Shown here piece by piece: positions 38,686 through 51,712 of a DNA stretch of 64,000 bases. Below the pieces are notes generated by a model. That model saw only the letters and a program-made list of their open reading frames with translations, ran no database searches and was not told where the DNA came from. The stretch's first letter is position 1, and each line of letters opens with the position of its first letter. The position numbers were made by a program, and so were the translations under genes. Origin of the DNA: Octopus sinensis (taxonomy: Eukaryota); assembly GCF_006345805.1 (NCBI RefSeq), contig NC_043001.1:112654001-112718000 (forward strand), in the 5' to 3' direction.

Positions 38686-39075
38686 GGCAGGTTGGCCGAA
38701 ACGTTAGCGCGCCGGGCGAAATACTTAGCGATATTTCGTCTGCCGTTACGTTCTGAGTTCAAATTCCGCCGAGGTAGACTTTGCCTTTCATCCTTTCGAG
38801 GTCGATAAACTAAGTACCAGTTACGCACTGGGGTCGATCTAATCGACTAGTCCCGTCCCCCAAAATTTCAGACCTTGTGCCTTTAGTAGAAAAGATTATT
38901 ACTGTTATGGGGAAGGAGACCAGTCAGTTACATCGACCCCAGTGCGTAACTTGTATTTATTCATCGACCCCGAAAGGATGAAAGCCAGAGTTAGCATCGG
39001 TAGAATTTGTACTCAGAGCCTAAAGACGGACGAAATCATTTTGCCCCGCATGCTGACGGTTCTGCCAGCTTGCCG
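38686..39075. mobile_element. Convergent SINE family A pair (plus 38686-38900, minus 38920-39075)
   Basis: Core motifs are present in opposite orientation. Confidence 0.8.
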
Positions 39076-39811
39076 CCTTAACAACAACAACAACAATGAT
39101 AATAATGGTTTCAGATTTTGGCACAAAGTTCGTGGGGATGGGCTAATAATAATGCAGTAACTATTTTATTAGTAGCTAAATTGTCAGGACTTAAAGAAAT
39201 TGTTATTGCGGTAGCTTTTGGTTGCTATGGTGACGTCGCCAGAATGAAAACTGACCCCTGTAATTATAGACTCTCTGGTCACTACATGTCAAAATCCGTC
39301 TGTTTGTGTGTCTGTTCATTACAGTGTGTATAAGTGAGCGAGGCTGCCGTTTTGTGTATTTGTATGAGTAAGCGTTTGCGTGTGTACATGTATATGTTTG
39401 TGTGCGCTTGCTTGAATTGTATCGTGTGAAGCAGACAATATAACAACGGCGACAACGACGGCATAACTACAACAACAACAATGGTTTCTAACCTTTATAA
39501 CAATGCCACATATTTAAGAGCAGAACGAATTCATTCAAACCGACCCCTCTACTTAAAGGGAGTGGTCACATAAACTGATCTCCATACTTAAGGGAGTGGT
39601 GTATAGTCAATTATTACGACCCACAGCTTTACTTATACTTAAACTATCGACCTTCGGACGGAAGGAAATCTGACCCTCGTGAAGTTTAAATTAAGGGGAG
39701 GGGAAAAAGTGACGGTTTGATTAAGGGGTTTACGAAGCTCATTTGGCAATTGTTCGGATCCGAGATCGGTCTTACTCAGTGGGACTTTGGCCAACTATAC
39801 TTTGGCTACTA

Positions 39812-40034
39812 TACGAGGAGGCACTGGAAAGGTTCTAGTGTTGGGTAAAAGAAAATACAAGAAGCTCAGTTAATTATGATTTTATTCTACATATTCTCCT
39901 CTCAGATTCACACACTTATTGCCGCGGCCCTTCAGTTTTTTTTTTAAAGTGCTGTAAAAGAACTCAGCGGGCTGAGATTCCAACAAGGCCTTTTGCAATA
40001 AACTTAAAGCCAGGAACTGTTCAGCACTTACTCG
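39812..40034. mobile_element. mariner-like MITE (~220 bp)
   Basis: TA-cgagg...ctggaaaggttc at left and gccaggaactgttcagcacttactcg-tg at right (degenerate TIRs); internal sequence shared with 40111-40295. Confidence 0.7.
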
Positions 40035-40110
40035 TGTGGTGTGTGCGTGCGTGCGTGTGTGTGTGTTTGTGCGCGCGCATGTGTGTGTAAATGTGTCGTG
40101 TGTGTGTGTG

Positions 40111-40295
40111 TATGAGGTGGGTGCTGAAAAGTCCCTGGTTTTGAGTGGACACAGGAGGATCAGATAATTATGATTTTATTCAACATATACCCCTCTCAGA
40201 TTCACACACATATTGCAGCGGCCCTTCAGATTTTTTTAAAGCCCTATAAAAGAACTCTGAAGGTTGGGCTCCCAACCAGGCCTTTCGCGACACGT
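40111..40295 (+). mobile_element. Second, right-truncated copy of the mariner-like MITE
   Basis: tatgaggtgggtgctgaaaagtccctggtt...ctctcagattcacacac...gcggcccttcag. Confidence 0.7.
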
Positions 40296-40339
40296 AACCA
40301 ATGCCATGTGAACAAAAATTGGTACAGGAGAGCAGGCCA

Positions 40340-40760
40340 GTGCATATACGACGGGCTTTCAATTCATAAGGCATGAGTTGATCCGAAACTATAGAAGTAA
40401 ATACACTCTCCTTAAGCGCCACGGAACGGGATCGAAACTTCAATCATGTGGTTTCGAAGTGAAATTCTTAACCAACAACCAATCTCTAAAATGTATGTGT
40501 CTTTTACCATTTACTCATTTCACTCATTGGACTGCAACCATGCTGGAGCACCGGTTTGAAAGGTTTAGTCAAATGGATCCTAGTACCTTGGTTTTGTTAT
40601 TTTGTTTTGTTTTTTTTTCTTTTGTTTTTTTGAAAGTTTGGTTCTTATTTTACCGGTCACTTTTTGCCGAACCGCTACATTATTGAGACGTAAACACACT
40701 AACACCGGTTGTCAAGCGGTAGTGGAGGATAAACACAAACACAAAGTCAAAAACACACGT
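40340..40760 (-). mobile_element. Two adjacent SINE family B halves
   Basis: 5' half at 40340-40480; 3' half at 40500-40760 running into the (GTAT)n array. Confidence 0.7.
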
Positions 40761-40772
40761 GCGCACATAAAT

Positions 40773-41089
40773 GTATGTATGTATGTATGTGTGTGTGTAT
40801 GTATGTATGTATGTATGTATGTGTGTGTGTGTATGTATGTATGTATGTATGTATGTATGTATGTATGTATGTATGTGTGTGTGTTTGTATGTATGTATGT
40901 ATGTATGTATGTATGTATGTATGTATGTATGTGTGTATGTATGTATGTGTGTGTGTTTGTATGTATGTATGTATGTATGTATGTATGTATGTATGTATGT
41001 ATGTATGTATGTGTGTGTGTTTGTATGTATGTATGTATGTATGTATGTATGTATGTATGTATGTATGTATGTGTGTGTGTGTTTGTATG

Positions 41090-41118
<29 letters not shown>
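40773..41118 (+). repeat. (GTAT)n array with higher-order 62-72 bp periodicity
   Basis: gtgtgtgtttg variant at ~40884, 40956, 41020 and 41082. Confidence 0.9.
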
Positions 41119-41120
<2 letters not shown>

Positions 41121-41408
41121 GAAACACGTGTCGGACTGGAATCTAATGTGAATTCCATGAGAATAACACTGATAAACAAATTTGGAAGATGTATAATTCT
41201 CCATTCTTTTTTATGATGTGAGTGTGTAATTATGCGTGTGTGTGTGTAGTAAGGTGTTTGTTTTAGTGTGTGCATGTGTACGTGAGAGAAAGGGAGAGCG
41301 AGGAAGAGAGAGAGCGAGAGAGACAGATAAACAGACAGATAGAGGGAGGAGGAAGGTTAGAGAGAGACAAATATGCTAAATGAAGTCTTACACTTTCGAA
41401 AGTTTTTT

Positions 41409-41444
<36 letters not shown>

Positions 41445-42089
41445 ATAACCTGTGTTTTCATTACGTGATAATTCTGTATTGTATTACTTTAGTTTTTAGA
41501 AGTATTCTATATGTGTTTATGTGACTGGATCTATGTGAGTACCAGAAAGAGAAAGAAAGAACAGAGTGAGAGAGAGAATGAGAGAGAGGGAGAGAGAGTG
41601 AAGAGAGAGAGAGGAAGAATGGGTGCAATCATGTGACCTTTGACATCCTTCTTTGCATGTATATATGACGAGGAATTGTGTTGTTTGTGCATCAATTTTC
41701 TTGCAAAAGTGTATGTGTATGTGGGTTTGTGTGCGTACGTACGTGACTGTGTGTGTATGTGTGTATGCTCGTGGGTGTGTTGTGCGTGCGCCAGAGATTT
41801 AGTATGGGTTTTAGAAATAATTTTTGAGGAAACGTTCGAGCACGTTCTCACAGGGTGGTGCCGTGTTCGAGCCAAAACAGAGTTAGTATATAGACCCAGT
41901 CATGCAGCGATTGTCATGTGGTGACCAGAGAAGAGGGAAATTGTAACAACGCATGCGTATGACAGCTACAAAGGAAACATTAAGTGTCAGTACGGTACAA
42001 TAGGACGTGACATTAGACATGGACTGAGAGATTTGGGTTAACCAATTTGATATATTCATTAAAGACTATGGAAACAAAATGCTATTATG

Positions 42090-42245
42090 ATTGTTTGGTT
42101 GTGTGGTAAGAAGCTTGCTTCTCAACCACACGGTTCCAGGTTCAGTTCCACTGCGTAGCACCTTGGGCAAGTGTTTTTTCTATAGCCTTGTACCGATCAA
42201 AGTTTTGTTAGAAGAGTTCGTAGACAGAAACTGGAAGAAGCCCGT

Positions 42246-42279
<34 letters not shown>

Positions 42280-42430
42280 CACACACATATATAGTATACA
42301 CACAGTATATATATACACATACTGTATATATATGTGTGTGTGTGTCTTGGGCAAGTGTTTTCTTCTATAGCCTCGTGCCGATCAAAGTTTTGTTAGAAGA
42401 GTTCGTAGACAGAAACTGGAAGAAGCCCGT

Positions 42431-42482
<52 letters not shown>

Positions 42483-42745
42483 TAGTATACACACAGTATA
42501 TATATATATATATATATATACATACTGTATATATATATATGTGTGTGTGTGTGTCTTTGTGTTTGTACTTGTCTCCCACCAGCGGTGTTGGTGTGTTTAT
42601 GTAGGGGTTCGGTAAAGAGATCGATAGAATAAGTATTAGGCTTTTAAAAATAAGTCCTGGAATCGATTTGATCGACTAAAAAATCCTTCAAGGTTTTGCC
42701 CCCAGCATGGCCGCAGTCAAATGACTGAAATAAATAAAAGGTAGA
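42090..42745 (+). mobile_element. SINE family B with an internal 184-bp tandem duplication
   Basis: cttgggcaagtgttt at 42162 and 42346. Confidence 0.88.
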
Positions 42746-42819
42746 AGATATGCAAAATTTTAGAGATTATTCAAATGAATGAATTGACTGATGAATGCTG
42801 AAAGCATGAAGGAAATAGA

Positions 42820-43395
42820 CAACATTGTCTGGTAAAACATCAATCATGACGATAGACACATTGCTGTCTGATGGAAATCACAAGTACTCGTATGTAGTGG
42901 TTGCATATTATACTGTTTGATGAAAATATCAAACATGAAGACGATAGACACAATATTGTTTGATGGAAACAGCGTGTACTCGTATATAGTGGCCGCATAT
43001 GATATTGTCTGATGGAAGCGTCAAATATGAAGGCGATGGATACAATATTGTTTGATGTACTTGTATATAGTGGTTGCATATTATCTGATGGAAGCGTCAA
43101 ACATGAAAGCGTTAGACACAGTATTGTTTGATGGAAACAGCAAATACTTGTATATAGCGGCTGCATGTGATATTGTCTGATGGAAGCGTCAAACATAAAG
43201 ATGATAGACACAATATTGTTTGATGGAAGGCTACACGTAATATTGTTTGGTGTAGATGAATGCTATAGACACAATACTGTTTGGTGGCGGCAGCGATTAT
43301 ATAGAGGCCGCACAAAATATTGTTTGATGGATGCATCAAACGTGCAGACGACACACACAATTGTGTTTGACGGAAAGAGCAAGTATATAGATTTA
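42820..43395 (+). repeat. Degenerate 92-bp satellite (~6 units, dimeric subunits), orphan unit at ~43755-43835
   Basis: gatg(g/a)aa..tcaaa(c/t)at at 42919, 43011, 43087 and 43179. Confidence 0.85.
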
Positions 43396-43840
43396 ATATA
43401 AACCTTTCTCTTCACATGATGTAACAGCCATCGGCGACATTTCTCCGCTGTTCTCAGATCTGGGTCTCTTTTTTACTGATCTCTAGTTCGATCGCTGCTT
43501 TTTCAACTTTTTCTCTGTATCTTTGCAAGCTTCCTTTCGGAGTTTGTTGCATCTCGTCATATATTTTCCCAAGGGAAAAGCCTTCCGCTCTCTGATTTCG
43601 TTTGTTTTTGAATTGTCATCGGTGCTTCTGTAACTTTTCTTCTTTCTAAATAGGGTTGTTGGTCCTACACAAACCCATTTTAATTCTAGGAAAAGACGGT
43701 TCATATTAGTCTGGGAATCTGTCCTTTTAACATTCCACGGGCTTAGATCTCAAGATTATTTGTTTGATGGATGCAACAAACATGAATGCTTTAAGAGCAA
43801 TAGTGTCGTCTGATTGAAACAGCAAGTATTCATAGTGATA

Positions 43841-44055
43841 TACTCTTTTTATTCTCTCTTTTATTGTTTCAGTCATTTGACTGTGGCCATGCTGGAGCAC
43901 CGCCTTTAGTCGAGCAAATCGACCCTGGGACTTATTCTTTGGACGCCTAGTACTTATTCTATCGGTCTCTTTTGCCGAACCGCTAAGTTACGGGGACGTA
44001 AACACACCAGCATCGGTTGTCAAGCGATGTTGGGAGTACAAACGCAGACACACAA

Positions 44056-44112
<57 letters not shown>

Positions 44113-44287
44113 TATACATATATACGACAGGCTCCTTTCAGTTTCCGTCTACCAAATTCACTCACAAGGCTTTGGTCGGCCCGAGGCTATAGTAGAAGAC
44201 ACTTGCCCAAGGTGCCACGCAGTGGGACTGAACCCGGGACCATGTGGCTGGTAAGCAAGCTACTTACCACACAGCCACTCCTGCGCC
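43841..44287 (-). mobile_element. SINE family B, full length
   Basis: Near-identical to 27338-27746. Confidence 0.92.
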
Positions 44288-44748
44288 TAGTCAGATATTT
44301 TAAACAATTTTAATGACAATGACTTCGAAGTTTCGGTGGACATACCTACACACATATTTCACACATATTTCACAGACACACACGTACTCATATGGATACA
44401 TATCTATACATGATTACACACTAGTGCATCCATACACACACGAACACGCATGCACACACACATACAGATACACACACACACATGTATAGTGAGGAGATAA
44501 TGTAATGTAAGCATGCGTAAATGATACTATTTATTAGTCAGCCAGCATATGCTAAAACAACAGCAGCAAAAATAAGTGCATGGAAGTATTTTTGTCAGGC
44601 TCACTTACTAATTCTGTCAGCCACTGCATTGATAATAATAATGATAATAATAATAATAATAATAATAATAATTTAATGAATATGGTGGTGGTTATCGTCA
44701 GCGTCGGTGGTAGCGGCGGCGGTGGTCGTGACGATGATGATGATGATA

Positions 44749-44780
<32 letters not shown>

Positions 44781-45228
44781 CGTCAAGGTAGCCGCGGTGG
44801 TGGTGCTGATGGCGGCGGTGGAGGCAGTATTAACGGTGGTGTTGGTGGTGGTGGTGGTGGTGGTACGGGTAGTGGTGTTTGCAGTGGTGGTGGTGATAGT
44901 GATTGTTGTGTTGATGTTGATGATAATGATGAGGATGATGTTGATGATGATAAAGGTAAATATATGAAGTGGGGGGGGGTGCAAGAAGCAGGATAGATAA
45001 AAAGAAAAATAAATATATGAGTAAAAGATCTGGGTCCTTCGAGAATATGTTGAGCATTTCGCCACGAAATTGACCTCTAAATGTCATAGGGTAAATTTAG
45101 CGGAGAGTTGAACAAATACATGAAAATGGAGAAGAAAAAGAAATGCCAAAACAAACCCTATTATATATATATATAATATATATTATTATACACATACATA
45201 TATACATATATATATATATATGTATATA

Positions 45229-45307
<79 letters not shown>

Positions 45308-46451
45308 TGTATGTATGAATAAAACACTAACAACGATAACAACAGCCGGCGTATACACGGTGAAAGAGACATGTATGTACGTGAAGTTGTCTTGGCTGGC
45401 TGCCTAGTTGGAATGGAAATATGTGGAGATGCAGAGATGCAAAGATGCAGAAACGTGGAGACGCAGGATAGATAAGCGAGAGAATGGTTATCAGGTCAGA
45501 TGTTGGGTAGGGTTAGGGGTTTCCTTTACCGGCTTCCCTACCCTTTAAAAAAAAAAATAAAATAAAATAAGATAAAATAAAAAAAAATACCGGTCGGGTA
45601 AAATACGCAAAATAAGTTTTAAAAGAAATATAGAAAGAAAAGAAGATGGAAGCTATGTCAATGTTTACAAGGGATTATGAAGTGGCAGCTCTGTTGTAAT
45701 TATATAAACATTTCTAAGCATGTCTGCAAAGCAAGGATTGATCCTGGTTGGTCATTGGAAGTCACATTTTGCTTTGTTTATCGGAACAGCAAACCAACGA
45801 GCGACCTCGACAGAGGCAAACACACACACACACACACACACACAGAGTGACATGCCTGTGTGCACACGTACAGACGTACACATACACACTCACACACGTA
45901 CTCACATACAAGCATGCTTATACGTGAAATACACATTAGTAAATATACAAAAAAACGTCGTATTTGTATAAATACTAGATGTATGCATGCTTCTAATCAT
46001 GTATATGTGTGTATAAATGTGTGTGCATGTATTTATATATTCACATATATATGTATGTATGTATAAATATATATTATATATCCTTCTCTTTCTGTCTCTT
46101 CCCCCCTCTCTCTCTCTTTCTCAGTGAAGCTACATTAGTTATTCGAGGACCACGAGTTTCGTGTAGAAATCTTACGAGACCAAAGTTATGCACTTATCTT
46201 CACTAATCTACATGTACACCCACATTCATTTATACATACGTACACACACACACACACACACACACATTTATATATACACACACACATATACATATACACA
46301 TACGTAAGAAACAGAAAGCTCGGATGATACATGCATGCTTACATATATGCATTCACACAGATACGTAACACAAAACACATATATACGTACATACACACAT
46401 GCATACACGCACATACACTCAAATACATGCATGCATATACACATATACATA

Positions 46452-46619
46452 CAGTGCTTTCTTAAGGCATGGGCGCTCTAAAAAGTTGCCCAGGGGCCTA
46501 GTGAGTCTAGGGACCCAATTCTGATCTTTGTATGTTGTGGTTTGATTCAACAAATTGATACTAGAGGGCTCAGTGTATTGATTAACCCGGGGGCCTATAA
46601 TGCTGCTAAGACGGCCCTA
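46452..46619. mobile_element. Small TIR-bounded MITE-like element, superfamily uncertain
   Basis: cagtgctttcttaa / ctaagacggcccta (9/14 inverted match), ggggcct subterminal motifs, flanked by (TACA)-like sequence. Confidence 0.5.
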
Positions 46620-46938
46620 CATACATACATACATACATACATACATACATACATACATGCATGCATGCATGCATGCATACATACATACATACATACATAC
46701 ATACATACATACATACATACATACATACATACATACATACATACATACATGATGGTTGTCTACTCATTAGACGAGCTTGACTATCGTCGACAAATGTTAG
46801 TAATACCCGTGCAAGGGTTTTAAACTGGGTACGGCTAGCACAACACCACAAAGACACGCACTAGCAATATTAAGAAGCCCAGAGGCAAACAAAGTTCAGT
46901 TGAGCAGCAGGTATTGTGTACGAATTAGCCTTCTAGAA

Positions 46939-47628
46939 TAAGGGTCGGCGAACCGGGGTATATTAGCTTAAGTGGAGTAAAAATGAAGTTCTTGGGAGTA
47001 ATGGGTACTCGTTAGGCATAAGTAACATTATATTTTTTAAAAAAACGTGCTCCTTGTTACATCAGAAAGTTTTCTTCTGGCAACACAGCATCTGTCCAAT
47101 GTAATGGATGTGTTTAGGAGACGGCACGCCATTTTGAACTACAAATAATTTGGTTGCTAAGGTGTTGTCAAGTGACTTAGCAGATATTATTTGTCAGTTG
47201 TCTATTATTCGCCTTAACCTTATTTTTTTGACACACGTGTTTTTGCTTTGTTTAAGTATATTTAAGTAGTTATTCAATTCAACCCTTTAGCAAAATTGAT
47301 TGGACCTCGAAAACTGTATCCAAATTGTTCTGGCATAGATGCCCCAATTCTAATGTAATTGGAACAAAAAGGAAACATCATTTTTCCAAAACCTGAAGTG
47401 AAAAAGTTTACAGAAAAATCCTTTTGTTTCATAATGAGGATATTAATTTATTTTATCGCATTTGTTTTATACTTTTATATTTATAATTGCATTCTTCATA
47501 TAAATAGATTCAATAGACCTTTTGAATTCAAAGAATCTATGATTTTCTGCCTTCCAAATCAAGAGGGTAACATCTGCGAGAATATATATATTATGGGGTA
47601 ATTGGTTAAAAAAGTTCCCCGACCCCTG
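46939..47628. mobile_element. Non-autonomous hAT (Charlie-like) element, ~690 bp
   Basis: TIRs taagggtcggcgaac / gttccccgacccctg (12/15); 8-bp flanks ttctagaa and tcctagag fit the NTCTAGAN target consensus. Confidence 0.75.
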
Positions 47629-47770
47629 TCCTAGAGGAATGCCTTGACAAAGATCAAGAGTCTCTCATTCCCAGTGGGTCTGCTTCGCCTTCCCTAGGCG
47701 TACGTACATGCTTCGCCTTCCTCCAGCGTAAGTACATGCATACATACATGCATACGTACATGTATATATA

Positions 47771-48205
47771 CCATCAAAGTTCAAGGAAAAAGAAGCATTT
47801 ATGATGAATTCATGCGGAAGTTACAGCTCTTGTACCCTGACTATAAATTCTCATTTGCACCTATCATCATAAGTGCTTTGGGTTATGTACCAACAATTTT
47901 GAGCAAAAACCTAGAAATGTTTGGTTTCATGAAGTAAGAGCAAAAGAAACTGATGCGTATTTTCCAAATCCAATCTATTAGTGGCACTGTGGAGATTTGT
48001 AAAACATTCCAAAGATTCTCCATCGGAGATTTTTATGTGAAAGGTGCACACACTTGGATGTGTGCATCGACAGTTCAACCAACACACCAACTCAACCACA
48101 TATTTACAAACACCGGGAACTCCCTCAACTCAAAAAGCCTTGCCGCTGTTAGCTACCGACACAAACTCTTTTAAGAAGAACCTAAATCAAACTCAAAGAA
48201 AAATG
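47771..48205 (+). mobile_element. Second RLE-type (R4-like) non-LTR retrotransposon 3' fragment
   Basis: IYDEFMRKLQLLYPDYKFSFAPIIISALGYVP...LEMFGF..*..LMRIFQIQSISGTVEICKTF, then ~170 bp putative UTR ending tcaaagaaaaatg; TACA-like repeats on both sides. Confidence 0.72.
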
Positions 48206-48794
48206 ATACATACATGCATATATGCATTCATACATACATACATTCAGATATGATCTGCTAAACAACAACATACCAGCAATGCTAGATACATCGACCAAAG
48301 ACTCCAAATTAAAGGTGCAGACATCTTAGGGATGAACTCCTTAACAGGTACTCTTATGACACTCCAGAATGATTGGTCTAGCGTACTTCAATAAGGACTG
48401 AGAAGAGAAATCCTCTGCATATCACATATCGAATGTTCTATTTTTGATACTTAGAAGCAGGGGGTAGCTAGAAAATACGTAATGCTCCAGGAGGTATCTG
48501 TAAAATGCCTAATGAAAAAAGTAACAGTGCGGAAGTCAGATATATACACTCAAAATTTCATTACCCTCAACTACTGAAATAAGTTATTATATACCAATCT
48601 ATCTTTTGTTGATGAATCTTATGTTTGTAGTTATTTACTATTGAAGCATGTCAAGTTTACTGAGGCGACGTAACTTGCAAAAAATACCAAGTCTATTTGT
48701 AGGTAAATTTTTAACACCATTACTGCAATGACCATAAAATTTAATTTCGGGGTTAAAGGGTTAAACTTCCCATAATGTAACCCTAAACACTGGT

Positions 48795-49005
48795 TTCAAA
48801 TTTTGGCCCAAGCTCAGCAAGTTCGGGGGAAGTCGCAAGCCGATTACATCGACTCCATTACGTAACTGGTATTTATTTTATCGACTCCGAAAGGATGAAA
48901 GGCAAAGTCAACCTCAGTGGAAGTCGAACTCAAGAACGTAAAGACTGACAAAATGCCGCTAAGTATTTTGTCTGGCATGCTAACGGTTCTGCCAGCTCAC
49001 CGCCT
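48795..49005 (-). mobile_element. SINE family A, tail type 2 variant
   Basis: ccgaaaggatgaaaggcaaagtcaacctc...ctgccagctc. Confidence 0.8.
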
Positions 49006-49010
49006 AAGTA

Positions 49011-49052
<42 letters not shown>

Positions 49053-49657
49053 TACACACACACACACATACATACATGCATGCATATATGCATGCATACA
49101 TACATACATGCATACATACATACATACATACATACATAAGCTTGTACGTACGCAGCTATTTCAATGTCTCCACAAAATAGATGTCCATCACGACTGCTTC
49201 CGCAGTACGGCAATAATAGGAGTAATCCTGATAGCGACGGCGACGACGGCTGCAGCGGCGGTGGCGGAGACGTGATGGTGGTGGAGGGGGGAGGGGGTTC
49301 AGTGGTGGCAGTGATGGCAATGATGATGATGATGATGATGATGATGGAGATTTAATATGTCTCTGTTTGCCTCCCTTACTATATCTCTTACCTTCTTCAT
49401 TGCCCTTGGCTCTCACATTTCGGTAGTGTTTTTCTGAAATAGAGAGGAGGGGATTGTTTAGGGGGTTGTTTTTTTGGGGTTTTTTTTTTTGCTATTTGTT
49501 CTCTTTTTGTTTTATTGTAAGATGTTTTTTTTTCTTTGGTTCTTCCTGTCAGCGCGACTTTGCCCACACTTCCGCTATACATTTCTGTACAAACACACAC
49601 ACACACACACACACAACACACACACACACACACACACAAACACGCAGATATGTAAAT

Positions 49658-49722
<65 letters not shown>

Positions 49723-49740
49723 TGGATGGATGGATGGATG

Positions 49741-49784
<44 letters not shown>

Positions 49785-49928
49785 TGTGGATACGAACGCC
49801 TACACATACAAAAAATGCGTATAAAGCCAACATACTTAGAGAAACACGTTATATATAGTGCAAAAGAGTAAATCTTAGATAGGTAATAGGAGAGAGAGAG
49901 AGAGAGACAGAGAGAGTCAGAGAGAGAG

Positions 49929-49967
<39 letters not shown>

Positions 49968-50172
49968 GTTTGGAAGTGAAAGAAGGAAGTTTAGACAAGC
50001 TAAAACAAGCCGTATCATCAATACTGCCCCAATAATTACGCAGGTTCAAATAACACACTAGGATGCTAACCTACATTCGATAAGATTTTTATATTTTGTT
50101 GGTCTTTTTTTTATTCTGTACATTTGTCCTGAGTTTTTTTTTTTTCTTTGTCCGACTTAGAAAATTATATAT

Positions 50173-50243
<71 letters not shown>

Positions 50244-50566
50244 ATGTTATATATTATTTACACGCAAACATAATTCATATGCTGACTTATACACGCACAC
50301 ACAGGCGCACATGCTTATATGCATACACACAACTCATTCACAGGCATACACACACACTCGTATACACAATGTTATCAACATAAACACAAAACATATCTAC
50401 AGATATATACGTATACAGACAAGAATAATGATATATATGTATATGCATATATATATGTGCGTGTGTGTGTGTGTGTGTGTATAGAGAAAGAGAGAGAGAG
50501 AAAAACTCACACACTCACACACAAGGATGTATGCTTGTGTGTGAGTGTGTGTGAGTCACATGCATA

Positions 50567-50609
<43 letters not shown>

Positions 50610-50702
50610 GTATGTGTGTGTGCGTGTGTCTATGTTTGTAGAAAGAGAGACACACACACACACACACACAAGGATACATACATAAGTATATACATATGTG
50701 TG

Positions 50703-50739
<37 letters not shown>

Positions 50740-50934
50740 ATATATGTATGTATGTATATATATATATATATGTGTGTGTGAGTGGTAGAGAATCTGTGTG
50801 TGTGTAGTTGTATATTATTAACACTGTCACGTCACCAAGAATTGTGATTTCTGGTGGGTTTGTTTGTTTGTTTTCCCCCTCATGGCATATTTCTATCAAT
50901 AACGACCGTCTTGTGAGGTCCCAACAAGAACAGC

Positions 50935-50977
<43 letters not shown>

Positions 50978-51195
50978 CTTCTGTTTGTTTATTTTTGTGT
51001 TTTTTTTTTTTTATCCATTTCTTCCAGTTTCAGCTCGTTTTTCATTTCCTTTTGTTTTTGTTGGTTGCTAACTTTTTTTACGTCATGTCCCAAAACGATG
51101 ACGTCATTACAAACATTTCTGAATACCACACGCGCACGCGCTGTTGTAGAAAGTGCATACTAACACATACAGAACTACCACCATCAGTCCCCACA

Positions 51196-51712
51196 CTCAT
51201 ACATACATACATACATACATTCACACACACTTACATACATCCATACATACATACACACATACATACACACACACATACATACATACACACATACATCCAT
51301 ACATACATACACACATACATACACACACACATACATACATACATACATACATACATACATACATACATACACACACACATACATACACACATACATACAC
51401 ACATACATACATACATACATACATACATACATACATACATACATACACACACATACATACATACATACATACATACATACATTCACACACACACACACAT
51501 ACATACATACACATACATACATACACACATACATACATACATACATACATACATACATGCATACATGCATGCATGCATGCATACATACATGCATGCATAC
51601 ATACATACATACATACATACATTCACACACACACACACACACACATACATACATACATACATACATACATACATACATACATACATACATACATACATAC
51701 ATACATACATAC
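51196..51712 (+). repeat. (TACA)n/(CA)n array
   Basis: Direct reading. Confidence 0.95.

Noticed and set aside
42789-42812. ctgatga-atgct-gaaa-gcatg as a hammerhead
   Set aside because: Position 17 would be G, there is no stem I, and atgct-gaaa-gcat is simply a small hairpin.
45507-45545. gggtagggttagggg as telomeric repeat or G-quadruplex
   Set aside because: Only one TTAGGG and three G-tracts; pairs locally with ccctaccc.
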